A stretch of 49,479 nt of DNA, from positions 1 through 49,479 of the forward strand of contig JAJZKW010000006.1 of assembly GCA_021803945.1 (NCBI GenBank), written 5' to 3'. A program made the position numbers and the translations under genes. The stretch comes from Candidatus Micrarchaeota archaeon (GTDB taxonomy: Archaea > Micrarchaeota > Micrarchaeia > Micrarchaeales > CABMGC01). The notes under the pieces were generated by a model that was not told where the DNA came from, ran no database searches, and worked only from the letters and a program-made list of their open reading frames with translations. Numbering within the stretch: position 1 is the first letter of the stretch; the number at the start of each line of letters is the position of its first letter. This document shows positions 1-8,762 of the stretch, piece by piece.

Positions 1-72
1 TGGACTCGGCGGGATTCGAACCCGCAATCTCGTCGTTGCGAACAACGCGCGATACCGTTTCGCTACGAGCCC
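1..72 (-). tRNA. tRNA-Ala (anticodon CGC)
   Basis: Reverse complement folds as a 72-nt cloverleaf. Acceptor GGGCTCG/CGAGTCC with G3:U70 (alanine identity pair), D stem GCGA/TCGC, anticodon stem CGTTG/CGACG, loop TTCGCAA (anticodon CGC), T arm GCGGG-TTCGAAT-CCCGC. Discriminator A is window position 1, so 3' CCA status lies outside the window. Confidence 0.92.
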
Positions 73-96
73 ACATAAAGATAGGTCAATTAACTC

Positions 97-105
97 TATT
101 TATAT
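97..105. promoter_or_regulatory. TATA-like box (TATTTATAT) between divergent tRNA-Ala and cca
   Basis: Only strongly AT-rich box in the spacer. It lies 25-33 nt from the tRNA-Ala 5' end (72) and 25-33 nt from the ATG at 130, the spacing expected for archaeal TATA boxes. Purely sequence-based. Confidence 0.3.
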
Positions 106-129
106 CTTATGCATGTAATAAGTTCTACT

Positions 130-1503
130 ATGGAAAAGGCCAAAGAAGAGGCATCGCGAAAAATATTCAAAAGGATACTCTACGACATCAAACCCTCCGA
201 AGCAGAAATAAGAGAAACTACCCATAATGTCAACAAGCTGATAAGTCTCCTAAAGAAAACGGTCCCAACAGAAGTAGAGCTGATGGTTGCAGGCTCAATA
301 GCGAGAGGAACCAACCTTAAGGGAAATTCTGACATTGACTTATTTATGCTCTTCAACAAAAAACTCGGCAGGGATAAAGCCGTCAAGCTTGGGGTTGAAT
401 ACGGGGAGACAGTTGCAAGAAAGGAGAAGGGTAGATACGAGATAAAATACGCAGAGCATCCATACCTAAGACTATATCTAGATTCCATAGGCATGAAGGT
501 GGATCTTGTGCCTGCGCTCAAGATAGACAGTATAGAAGAGATGGGAACAACGGTTGACAGGACGCCTCTTCACAACGAATTCATAAACTCAAACCTAAAC
601 GCCAAGCAGAGGGATGACGTAAGGATACTGAAATACCTTCTCAGGGCGCACGGAATATACGGAGCTGAGGTGAAGACAAACGGCTTTTCAGGGTATCTGT
701 GCGAACTGCTTATTCACCACTACGGATCCATAATCGCGCTTCTTGAATCTGCATCGAAGTTTAAGCTGCCTATATTGATAGAGCCGAAGGAGAGGAAGGA
801 ATCCATCAGCAACGATGCAGTTAAGCGGTTCAATTCGCAGTTCATAGTAATAGATCCGGTTGACAGCAACAGGAATGTTGCCGCTGGGGTATCCCTGGAG
901 TCGCTCGGAAAGTTCGTCCTGGTTTCGCGCAAATTTATAGGGAAGCCCAGCATAGACCTATTCTACGGCCCAAAGTTCTCCTCGGGACAGGCAGGCGTCC
1001 TTGTAAGCAAGTTTGCGGAGTCATTGGGCTTAGACACCTTCATCATAACATGCAATATAAAGAATAAAAGCGAAGACATCATCTACCCGCAGCTTAGGAA
1101 GGTCAATCAGCAGATAGTCAGGCACCTAAGCCAGGGCGGCTTCAGCGTCTACCTGAACCTGCAGTTTATCCTCGGTAAGAAAGGCGTACTTTTCATCGCA
1201 GCGCCCAAGCAGAATGTGGGGTCTAGGGTGCTCAAGGGTCCCAGCGCTTTCATTCCCGGAGCCTCCCAGGATTTCATGAAAAAGCACAGAGGCGCACATG
1301 GATTCATGATGCGTGAATCAGAAATATACGCTTTAGAGAAGACAGCAATAACCTCGATATCAGAATCTCTAAGAAAGCTTCCGAAAGACCTGAAGGTTCA
1401 TAAAGATGTAGTCATCTCAGGCCAAAACATAATTGTAAACAAAATACCGAAGGAATATTCAGCAACCCTCTACTCAGAGCTGCAGAAGAAGATATCTATA
1501 TGA
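130..1503 (+). CDS. cca: CCA-adding enzyme (archaeal class I tRNA nucleotidyltransferase)
   Basis: ORF 109..1503. Pol-beta NTase signature AGSIARGTNLKGNSDIDLFMLF and typical archaeal CCA length and layout. The ATG at 130 (MEKAKEE...) is preferred over 109 because the only TATA-like box ends 4 nt before 109. Confidence 0.9.
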   Translation: MEKAKEEASRKIFKRILYDIKPSEAEIRETTHNVNKLISLLKKTVPTEVELMVAGSIARGTNLKGNSDIDLFMLFNKKLGRDKAVKLGVEYGETVARKEKGRYEIKYAEHPYLRLYLDSIGMKVDLVPALKIDSIEEMGTTVDRTPLHNEFINSNLNAKQRDDVRILKYLLRAHGIYGAEVKTNGFSGYLCELLIHHYGSIIALLESASKFKLPILIEPKERKESISNDAVKRFNSQFIVIDPVDSNRNVAAGVSLESLGKFVLVSRKFIGKPSIDLFYGPKFSSGQAGVLVSKFAESLGLDTFIITCNIKNKSEDIIYPQLRKVNQQIVRHLSQGGFSVYLNLQFILGKKGVLFIAAPKQNVGSRVLKGPSAFIPGASQDFMKKHRGAHGFMMRESEIYALEKTAITSISESLRKLPKDLKVHKDVVISGQNIIVNKIPKEYSATLYSELQKKISI

Positions 1504-1505
1504 GT

Positions 1506-2063
1506 TCAGATTACCTGCTTCCCAAGTTTTTTAGCCAGCCCGTTCAATTCGCCAAGCATGTCTATCTCAGCACCCGTTTTCCTCCTGCCTTTTATTATTG
1601 ATTCTATAAACGCAATCGCCGCGGTCCCTCCCATAACCTCATAAACCTCCATATAGTTTTCTGCTGCATTCACACCGCAGTAGTCTATCGCCTCGGAAAC
1701 TATATTGCCTTCAATCTTGTTTTTACTGTATCCTCGCTTCTTCATCCTGGCCAATAGGGTATTAAGATGTTCCCTTATCACTATCGCCACGGCTCCGCGT
1801 ATTGGGATATCGCAAAGCAGGTGGCCCTCAGCGATCACAAGCTCCGCCTTGCTTGCTCGTATACGCTTCTCCAGCTCCATCCTAAGGGCCTTCATATCAG
1901 CAATCATTTCTCCGCCTTCCGAGTATCCTTTGAACAGCTTTTTGCCCTTTACTATCTCATTCGCCTTTATGAGCTCCGAATTACCCGTGCGCCTTATCAG
2001 TTTCTCAGAAATAGTCGTCTTGCCTGTGCACGGCGTGCCGGTTATTACTATGACTCTTTTCAT
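1506..2063 (-). CDS. Fap7/hCINAP-like adenylate kinase (small-subunit ribosome biogenesis NTPase)
   Basis: P-loop MKRVIVITGTPCTGKTT. Downstream block LVIAEGHLL...REHLNTLLARMKKRGYSKNKIEGNIVSEAID matches the Fap7 pattern (DGH...RL..RGY...KI.EN). Start taken at internal M17 of ORF 1506..2111, 10 nt after the upstream gene's stop. Confidence 0.78.
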   Translation of the reverse strand: MKRVIVITGTPCTGKTTISEKLIRRTGNSELIKANEIVKGKKLFKGYSEGGEMIADMKALRMELEKRIRASKAELVIAEGHLLCDIPIRGAVAIVIREHLNTLLARMKKRGYSKNKIEGNIVSEAIDYCGVNAAENYMEVYEVMGGTAAIAFIESIIKGRRKTGAEIDMLGELNGLAKKLGKQVI

Positions 2064-2073
2064 GAGGATTCTC

Positions 2074-2715
2074 TTACAAGGCCTTCGGCAGCGCCAGTGC
2101 TGCCTGATCAAGCATAAGGTCTATACGATCCCTCGAGTTTTCTACCGATATGACTGCGCTTGTAGGGGCACTGACAGCCAGGACATAGCTCCTGCTGCCT
2201 GAAAATACCCACGTGCCTATGGTGTATTTCCTGTAAGTGCTGGAGATATCGCATATGTAATTTGAGATGTTGATCAGTTTTGTGAGAAGCGCATCGACCT
2301 GGCTGTTGTACTGGTCTATATACACTATTTCAGGACTCGAGTCTCCAAAACTCATATCAGCTGGCTTTATGAAAGGTATTCTCCCTATTCCTGCCCTGCT
2401 ATTTACCGTCTGGTTTACCTGCGTATAGACAGAATCCAGCTTCTCCAGGTCAGCCACTAGGCTTTCCTCTTCTTTTGAAAGGCTTGCGAGGATGTCCTCG
2501 AAGTACCGGTCCGCCTCGGCCCTGATGTTCTTTATCTTTTCCTCCATGCCTGCGGTATCGCCGTATTCCTGCGGGCTGAGGAGGAATTTCCTAAGATCTA
2601 CCCCATATTTCTTCGAGACCGACACTCCTATTTCCCTTATGAACATATCTGTCTGGTCATCCCAGCCTGGCTTGACATCGTCTGCCATAAAACCAGATAA
2701 GTATGAACTGCTCAA
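2074..2715 (-). CDS. hypothetical protein (213 aa), probably co-transcribed with the Fap7-like gene
   Basis: Long ORF in a coding-like frame, no family recognised. Central acidic coiled-coil-like segment (EEKIKNIRAEADRYFEDILASLSKEEESLVADLEKL). Confidence 0.5.
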   Translation of the reverse strand: MSSSYLSGFMADDVKPGWDDQTDMFIREIGVSVSKKYGVDLRKFLLSPQEYGDTAGMEEKIKNIRAEADRYFEDILASLSKEEESLVADLEKLDSVYTQVNQTVNSRAGIGRIPFIKPADMSFGDSSPEIVYIDQYNSQVDALLTKLINISNYICDISSTYRKYTIGTWVFSGSRSYVLAVSAPTSAVISVENSRDRIDLMLDQAALALPKAL

Positions 2716-2774
2716 TTAATTAAACTTTTCGCAGGCTGTAACCAATTTATATTAGGTCTTTCTTATTCCTTATC

Positions 2775-3698
2775 ATGAACGGCGACAGGCCGGATATCGA
2801 CTTCGCATGCAAGTACCCCTTCTCCAGCGAAGCGAAGAAGATCATAGCAGGCGCCGTCCAAGAGCTTGATGACAAGTTCATAAAGGCCGGGATACTGCGT
2901 GTCGAAGAGGACCTAAACAGCAGCGCAATCCCGCCCTATGCCACAAGACTGAAGGAGATAAAGTACATGTATGTAATAAGCTACGTGTATTCCAGGATGC
3001 TGATAAGTGCCGTGAACAGCAAGCCGCACCTTGAGAGGTATATACTTGCAGAAGCCCAGAGGTCAAGGAGCGCCCTCGAGGACGAGTCCATGCCCAACAT
3101 CCTCAGGCTCCTGTCGGAACTGGGGATTGAGATGAGCTATTCTGGAGAAAGGTTCATAATAGGTTTCGGCAAGTTCCTGTCGCTTTCGCCAAGGTCTCCA
3201 GGCCTCGAGCTTGTTAAGGAAGAGCTGGACAGGGGGCTCGTCTATCTCCAGAAGGACAGTGCGCTAAAGCTGATGGAGAACGCGATAGCCGACGAGATAA
3301 GGAAGAACCTGCCCATACCCGCAGGAGAGCTGCCAAAGCGCATAATCGAAGAGTCAAAAAAGATGAAGATGCCAAAGATAGACGTCCGCGTGGACGTGAG
3401 GGAAGGCAGTTACAGGTGGATCGAGAAACTGCTCTCGAATCCCATATCAGACGTGAGGCACAGGACGGTCAACCTTGTCCTTGCCCCGTACCTGGTAAAT
3501 GTCAGAGGCATGGGGGAGGACCAGGCCGCAGAGATAATCCTTGAATACATAGAGCGCTGCAGGCAGATAAACCCTGACACCAGGATAAATTCGTCCTATA
3601 TCAAGTACCAGTGCCGGTATGCCAAATCAAAGGGGTTGAAGCCCCTGTCTCTGGAGAAGGCGCGTGACTTATATAGCGGCGTGCTGGAATTGAATTAG
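2775..3698 (+). CDS. DNA primase large (regulatory) subunit PriL-like protein, lacking Fe-S ligand cysteines
   Basis: N-terminal KYPFSSEAKKII resembles the PriL YPF motif. C-terminal block WIEKLLSNPISDVRHRTVNLVLAPYLVNVRGMGEDQAAEIILEYI...YIKYQ parallels the PriL-CTD pattern (PPC..LL......R..L..FL...G.s.ee......YQ). Only 3 Cys in 307 aa. Confidence 0.6.
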   Translation: MNGDRPDIDFACKYPFSSEAKKIIAGAVQELDDKFIKAGILRVEEDLNSSAIPPYATRLKEIKYMYVISYVYSRMLISAVNSKPHLERYILAEAQRSRSALEDESMPNILRLLSELGIEMSYSGERFIIGFGKFLSLSPRSPGLELVKEELDRGLVYLQKDSALKLMENAIADEIRKNLPIPAGELPKRIIEESKKMKMPKIDVRVDVREGSYRWIEKLLSNPISDVRHRTVNLVLAPYLVNVRGMGEDQAAEIILEYIERCRQINPDTRINSSYIKYQCRYAKSKGLKPLSLEKARDLYSGVLELN

Positions 3699-3705
3699 TG
3701 GTGCC

Positions 3706-3840
3706 ATGACTGGTTTGAAGGGAATATGCCATGTCTGCGGTAAGGTTGCAGAGAGGGCGTGCAGAGTGTGCGGCAGGGCATCATGCGGGCTGCACCTGAA
3801 AAACGGCATCTGCACGTCGTGCCTTTCAGGCAGAGCATGA
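3706..3840 (+). CDS. 44-aa Cys/His-rich zinc-ribbon-like mini-protein (not in ORF track, below 60 aa)
   Basis: ATG 7 nt after the PriL-like stop. Translation: MTGLKGICHVCGKVAERACRVCGRASCGLHLKNGICTSCLSGRA. Eight ligands spaced C-x2-C-x8-C-x2-C-x4-C-x2-H-x5-C-x2-C. First in-frame start after an upstream stop; ends 1 nt before the convergent gene. Confidence 0.45.
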   Translation: MTGLKGICHVCGKVAERACRVCGRASCGLHLKNGICTSCLSGRA

Positions 3841-4107
3841 TCAGAGCCCGGAGAAGTCTGCAGATGACGTGCCCTTCGGAAAGGCCTTCCCATTCTGGGC
3901 TTCCACCGGCAGGCCCATGTCATCCGCTATCTTGGATAGTTCGGAGATGTCAATCTGCCTCTCGCTCGCAAGCTCAACGTACGTTATATTGCCAATCTGC
4001 ACCCTCTTAACGCTGAAAGTAATCTGCTGGAACATACCGTTCCTGACGACTCTTATCTTGAGCGACCCTCTTGCTATAGCCTCCTTCGCCTTTGTTGAAA
4101 GTTCCAT
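3841..4107 (-). CDS. hypothetical protein (88 aa)
   Basis: ORF fills the gap between the mini-ORF and the nuo promoter region and is divergent from nuoA. No family recognised. Confidence 0.4.
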   Translation of the reverse strand: MELSTKAKEAIARGSLKIRVVRNGMFQQITFSVKRVQIGNITYVELASERQIDISELSKIADDMGLPVEAQNGKAFPKGTSSADFSGL

Positions 4108-4187
4108 ATATTTGCACTTGCAGGATATCGGTACGTATTCTCTTCACCACGCAACTAATATTAAATTATCATCGCATTATCTAAATC

Positions 4188-4541
4188 ATGGATTTTAACG
4201 CCACCGCCGTAATCCTATTTATACTCTTTGCAATATTCGTCCCTGTATCAATGATCACGACATCGAAGATGCTCAGGGATAAGACGACAAGGAACCCGGT
4301 GAAAGACGCGTCGTACGAAAGCGCAGAGGCGAGCACAGGCAGCAGGATAACCATAATGGGCGAATATCTTCACTATTTCACGATGTTCATAATGTTCGAG
4401 ATCCTTGTTGCAGTGGTGATCGTATGGGCGCCTCTCGCAAGCTCAATGCAGTTCCTTCCAAGCGCAGCAATCCTCTCCCTCCTGGTCTTCGGCATGGCAT
4501 TCGAGGCGTTCATATTGCTCATTGCAAGACGGGGTGAATGA
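4188..4541 (+). CDS. nuoA: NADH-quinone oxidoreductase subunit A
   Basis: 117 aa, three hydrophobic helices, loop YESAE (YECG-like), first gene of the operon, stop abuts the nuoB ATG. Confidence 0.8.
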   Translation: MDFNATAVILFILFAIFVPVSMITTSKMLRDKTTRNPVKDASYESAEASTGSRITIMGEYLHYFTMFIMFEILVAVVIVWAPLASSMQFLPSAAILSLLVFGMAFEAFILLIARRGE

Positions 4542-5123
4542 ATGATGGAAGACCAGGCAGATGCAAGCAGTGAGGAATTTGCCAATGCCAGGAAGGAGAT
4601 GGACAAGCTTGTGTACGAGTCATTGAAGGGGAGGGAAGTCAAGCCGAACGCGCTCTTCGCCAAGCTTTCAGACCTCACAAGGAACCTGCCTCCGACAAAA
4701 GAGCTGGTAAACTGGGCCAGGGTAAATTCCCTGTGGCCCCTCCAGTTCGGGCTTGCGTGCTGCGCAATAGAGCTCATGGACTTCGGGTCTGCTAGGATAG
4801 ACGCCGAGAGAAAGGGGTACCTGCTGTTCAGGGGCACCCCGAGGCAGTGCGACGTGATGATAATAGCCGGCTGGGTCACGAAGTCGATGGTGCCGGAGAT
4901 AAAGAGGCTTTACGAGCAGATGTCCTCTCCAAGATACATCGTCGCCTTCGGCGAGTGCGCCACGTGCGGAGGGCCGTGGTGGGAGAGCTACAACATAATA
5001 AAGGGAATAGACGAGGTCCTTCCAGTAGACGTCTTCGTGGCGGGGTGCCCTCCAAGGCCCGAAAACCTTTTCGCCGCGCTGATCAAGCTGCAGAAGAAAG
5101 TAGGTGGTAATATTGAAGGCTGA
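4542..5123 (+). CDS. nuoB: NADH-quinone oxidoreductase subunit B
   Basis: WPLQFGLACCAIE, GECATCGGPW and AGCPPRPE (cluster N2 ligand motifs). Confidence 0.95.
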   Translation: MMEDQADASSEEFANARKEMDKLVYESLKGREVKPNALFAKLSDLTRNLPPTKELVNWARVNSLWPLQFGLACCAIELMDFGSARIDAERKGYLLFRGTPRQCDVMIIAGWVTKSMVPEIKRLYEQMSSPRYIVAFGECATCGGPWWESYNIIKGIDEVLPVDVFVAGCPPRPENLFAALIKLQKKVGGNIEG

Positions 5124-5490
5124 AAGGGATGGCCTGCCGGCCACGCTGAGCAGGATGAAATCCGCAGGGTTCGATTATCTGGTAAAGATAACTGCAGTAG
5201 ACTACGTCGACCATGTGGACGTCATATACCTGCTCCGTAACCTGGAACCAATAAAGGACGAAATCGTAGAGGTGACGCTGAGCACATCGGATCTCTGGCT
5301 CCCATCCGTCGAAAATGTGCACAAATCTGCAGACTGGTACGAGAGAGAGCTGTCAGAGATGTTCGGAATAGAGATAAGGGGCAGGAAGGCACCAAGACTG
5401 CTGCTTGAGAAATGGGACGGTACAGATCCGCCCCTGAGGAAGAGCTTCGCATGGGACGCCCCATACAAGACCAAGGGAGAAAAGGCATGA
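5104..5490 (+). CDS. nuoC: NADH-quinone oxidoreductase subunit C (short form)
   Basis: ADWYERELSEMFGIEIRG signature. GTG start overlapping the nuoB end; a TTG at 5113 is an alternative start. Confidence 0.85.
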   Translation: MVILKAERDGLPATLSRMKSAGFDYLVKITAVDYVDHVDVIYLLRNLEPIKDEIVEVTLSTSDLWLPSVENVHKSADWYERELSEMFGIEIRGRKAPRLLLEKWDGTDPPLRKSFAWDAPYKTKGEKA

Positions 5491-6581
5491 ACATAACAAG
5501 GATAAATGTAGGGCCAGTGCATCCAAGCACACACGGAGTTATAAGGCTGGTGGTAGACCTTGACGGCGACACCATAGTCAATGTCGAGCCGCATATAGGG
5601 TTCCTTCACAGAGGCGTTGAGAAACTTGCCGAGACGCGGATGTACATGCAGATACCTCCATACACCGAAAAGCTTGATTATGTGGCTCCTATGTCTTACG
5701 ATGAGGCATATGTCGCAACCGTAGAGGCCGCAATGGGCATCGAGCCAAGCGAGCCAGCGAAATATGCCAGGACGATACTTCTTGAACTCCAAAGGATAGC
5801 GAGCCACCTGCTCTTCCTGGGAACGCTGTGCAATGACATAGGGCAGATGTTCACGGTATTCATGTGGGCCTTCAAGGACAGGGACATGGTACTGGATCTG
5901 CTGCAGGAGGCTGCCGGATCAAGGATGTTCTATGTGAACATGAGGCTTGGGGGACTGAACCAGGATCTTCCTCCATCATTTGCCGAGCACGCCCTGAGCC
6001 TGATGGACTATATGGAGAAGAGGGTATTCGAGTACGAGAAGTACATAGAGAAGAATCCAATCTTCAATGAGAGGATGAAAGGTGTCGGCGTCCTGTCAAG
6101 GGACAAGGCCAAGGAGCTCGGAGTCACGGGACCTGTACTCAGGGCGTCAGGTCTCAATTACGATGTTAGGAAAGCCAATCCATACTACGTGTATGACAAG
6201 TTTCATTTCAATTCAAAGACCCTGCAGGACGGAGACAACTATTCAAGGTACAAGGTGAGGATGCTTGAGATGCAGGAGAGCATAAGGATAGTGAAGGCGG
6301 CTGTCAGGGCAATGCCTGAAGGGAGTGCAAAGGGGATGCCAGTAAAGCTCAGGAGCCCAGTGCCACCTAACCGGATATCTATAGTGAACAGGGAACTCCC
6401 AAGGGGAGAATGCCTCATGTACATGGTTGCAGATCCTCAGAAGCCTTACAGGCTGTCGATACGCTCCCCAAACTTCATAAACCTTGCAGCCATAGGCAGC
6501 CTGGCAAGAGGCGCGAGGTTTGCTGACCTATTCGCGATACTGGGCTCTCTGGACATTATAATGGGATGCGTGGATAGATAG
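5487..6581 (+). CDS. nuoD: NADH-quinone oxidoreductase subunit D
   Basis: MNITRINVGPVHPSTHGVIRL N-terminus and LGSLDIIMGCVDR C-terminus. ATG overlaps the nuoC stop (ATGA). Internal M26 of ORF 5412..6581. Confidence 0.95.
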   Translation: MNITRINVGPVHPSTHGVIRLVVDLDGDTIVNVEPHIGFLHRGVEKLAETRMYMQIPPYTEKLDYVAPMSYDEAYVATVEAAMGIEPSEPAKYARTILLELQRIASHLLFLGTLCNDIGQMFTVFMWAFKDRDMVLDLLQEAAGSRMFYVNMRLGGLNQDLPPSFAEHALSLMDYMEKRVFEYEKYIEKNPIFNERMKGVGVLSRDKAKELGVTGPVLRASGLNYDVRKANPYYVYDKFHFNSKTLQDGDNYSRYKVRMLEMQESIRIVKAAVRAMPEGSAKGMPVKLRSPVPPNRISIVNRELPRGECLMYMVADPQKPYRLSIRSPNFINLAAIGSLARGARFADLFAILGSLDIIMGCVDR

Positions 6582-6582
6582 G

Positions 6583-7599
6583 ATGGCACTGCAGACTGAT
6601 ATAGGTAACATTGCGAACATACCCTACTGGACAGGCGGAGACACTCTGCATCAGGTAATAGGGATAATAATATACATAATAATAGTGTCGATTATATTCT
6701 CCATATTCGGATACATGGTAGGCTGGCTTGAGAGGAAGCTCATAGCCAGGGCCCAGTACAGGCATGGCCCTACATATGTCGGCATGTGGGGACTGCTCCA
6801 GAATCTTGCCGACCTGATAAAACTGCTCTCAAAGGAGGACGTAATACCGGAGAATGCTTTCAGGCCTCTGTTTGCAGTGTCGCTACCCCTCCTCCTTGCT
6901 CTCTCGATCTTCATAGTGCTCCTGCTCCCGTATTCGCCAACTCTCCAGGCCACCAACCTCGGATTCGGGCTTCTGATAATCTTTACAATAGTCTCCTTCC
7001 TGCCTCTTCTCCTCTTCACCGCTGGCTTCTCAAGCGGAAACAAGTTCGCAGGCATCAGCGCGCAGAGGTCAATTCTGGTGCTCCTTAGTTACGAGCTTCC
7101 TGTACTGATAGTCGTGGCCTCAGTCGCAATGCTCGCAGGCGGCTACAGCCTTGATGGTATAATATCTTCGCAGGCAGCCCATTACTACTTCGGGTTGCTG
7201 ATGCCTATAGGTTTTGTAGTGTTCTTCATAGCGCTGCTCGCAGAGTTCGAGAGGCCTCCGTTCGACCTCAGGGAGGCCGATTCAGAGCTGATAGCCGGAT
7301 GGCTTACAGATGTGAGCGCTCCGTATTACGCCATTGCGCTCTTCCTGGATTATGCAAGGATGTTCCTCGGGAGCGTACTGGTATCAATATTATTCCTTGG
7401 CGGATGGCTGGGCCCCTCTTTCCTTCCTCCCCTGTTCTGGATACTCCTTAAGGCGTTCATAGTGTCCGTCTTCGTGATAGTGGTTAGGGCTACGGCATTC
7501 AGGATGAGGGTGGACCGCGTGCTTAGGTTCGGATGGCTCTGGCTTATACCGCTCTCATTAATAAATCTTGTAATGACATATATTGTGTTCGTAAGGTGA
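6583..7599 (+). CDS. nuoH: NADH-quinone oxidoreductase subunit H
   Basis: Polytopic. ERKLIARAQYRHGP and AEFERPPFDLREADSELIAGW motifs. Confidence 0.95.
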   Translation: MALQTDIGNIANIPYWTGGDTLHQVIGIIIYIIIVSIIFSIFGYMVGWLERKLIARAQYRHGPTYVGMWGLLQNLADLIKLLSKEDVIPENAFRPLFAVSLPLLLALSIFIVLLLPYSPTLQATNLGFGLLIIFTIVSFLPLLLFTAGFSSGNKFAGISAQRSILVLLSYELPVLIVVASVAMLAGGYSLDGIISSQAAHYYFGLLMPIGFVVFFIALLAEFERPPFDLREADSELIAGWLTDVSAPYYAIALFLDYARMFLGSVLVSILFLGGWLGPSFLPPLFWILLKAFIVSVFVIVVRATAFRMRVDRVLRFGWLWLIPLSLINLVMTYIVFVR

Positions 7600-7603
7600 A
7601 GAC

Positions 7604-7966
7604 ATGATAGGACCACTTGCAAAGACGACAAAGGTGATGGTCTCTGAAAAAAGCTACACCACCGAATTCCCAGAGCACAGGGAATCGCTGCCTGACAACT
7701 ACAGGGGGAAGCTCAGGCTGGACATGGACACCTGCATAAGCTGTTCGGCATGCGCGATAATCTGCCCAAACAAGACAATAACAATGGTAAACGTCATGAC
7801 AGAAAAGGGCGACAAGATAATGCCGCAGGTCGGGCACGAGAGATGCCTGTTCTGCGCGCTGTGCGAGGAGGTCTGCCCTCCAAAATGCCTCGTACTCACG
7901 AAAAACTACGATTATGAGGCCTACGACAAGAGAGAGCTTGTCACCAGGCCCGAAGAGCTAGAGTAG
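7604..7966 (+). CDS. nuoI: NADH-quinone oxidoreductase subunit I (2x[4Fe-4S] ferredoxin)
   Basis: CISCSACAIICP and CLFCALCEEVCP motifs. Confidence 0.9.
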   Translation: MIGPLAKTTKVMVSEKSYTTEFPEHRESLPDNYRGKLRLDMDTCISCSACAIICPNKTITMVNVMTEKGDKIMPQVGHERCLFCALCEEVCPPKCLVLTKNYDYEAYDKRELVTRPEELE

Positions 7967-7972
7967 ATAGAC

Positions 7973-8452
7973 ATGCTTGACCTATATGCCTTCTTTGCAA
8001 TCTCCGCCATAACCGTTGCATCATCCATATTGATCTTCGCAGCCAAGAGGCTGATCTATGCTGTAGCCGCGCTGGCTGCGGCATTCCTCGGCAGCGCGCT
8101 CCTCTTCTTCCTCCTCGGGCAGACTGTGATGGCGCTGCTGCAGCTCCTGGTCTTCGTAGGAGGCCTCTCAACCTACCTCATAGTCGCCGTATCCACTGAG
8201 GAGAAGGGCGCCAAACTGATATTCCTTCCGGCCTTCCTGGCAGTCGCAGCTGTAACTGCTGCTGGCCTAGGATACGTCATACTGGGCTACGTCCAGCCGA
8301 CAGGCGCCAATGCGGCATCGAGCTTCCTCGGCTCCGCTGCGATAGCGATGCAGGGCTCATATGCACTGTTCTATGTAATGGCAACGCTGCTGGCTGCAGT
8401 TTCAATAAGCGGGGTCATGATAATAAACAAATTCATAAGGTTGGTAGTATAA
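7973..8452 (+). CDS. nuoJ: NADH-quinone oxidoreductase subunit J
   Basis: 159-aa hydrophobic protein in the canonical position between nuoI and nuoK. Confidence 0.8.
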   Translation: MLDLYAFFAISAITVASSILIFAAKRLIYAVAALAAAFLGSALLFFLLGQTVMALLQLLVFVGGLSTYLIVAVSTEEKGAKLIFLPAFLAVAAVTAAGLGYVILGYVQPTGANAASSFLGSAAIAMQGSYALFYVMATLLAAVSISGVMIINKFIRLVV

Positions 8453-8760
8453 TGATAATGCTTGCATACCTGATTGCACTGAGCATCGCGCTCTTCGCCA
8501 TAGGGCTGGCAGGCATAGCAACGGACAGGCACCTTGTGGTGATAATGCTCGCCGTAGAGCTCATATTCGCAGCAAGCATGATCGCCCTTGTATCCTTCTT
8601 TTCATATCCTGGCAAAGCCAGCCCAGGCGCAGTGCTGATGATGTTCGCCATATTCACCGTAGCTGCGGCAGAGATAATAACAGTGATAACCTTCTACGTA
8701 TACATGAAGCGGGGAGGGATAGACTTCGACGTGACGAAGCTGTCAAAACTCAAGTGGTAA
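8452..8760 (+). CDS. nuoK: NADH-quinone oxidoreductase subunit K
   Basis: 102 aa, three helices with a membrane-embedded Glu (LAVELIFAA). 1-nt overlap with the nuoJ stop. Confidence 0.85.
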   Translation: MIMLAYLIALSIALFAIGLAGIATDRHLVVIMLAVELIFAASMIALVSFFSYPGKASPGAVLMMFAIFTVAAAEIITVITFYVYMKRGGIDFDVTKLSKLKW

Positions 8761-8762
8761 AC

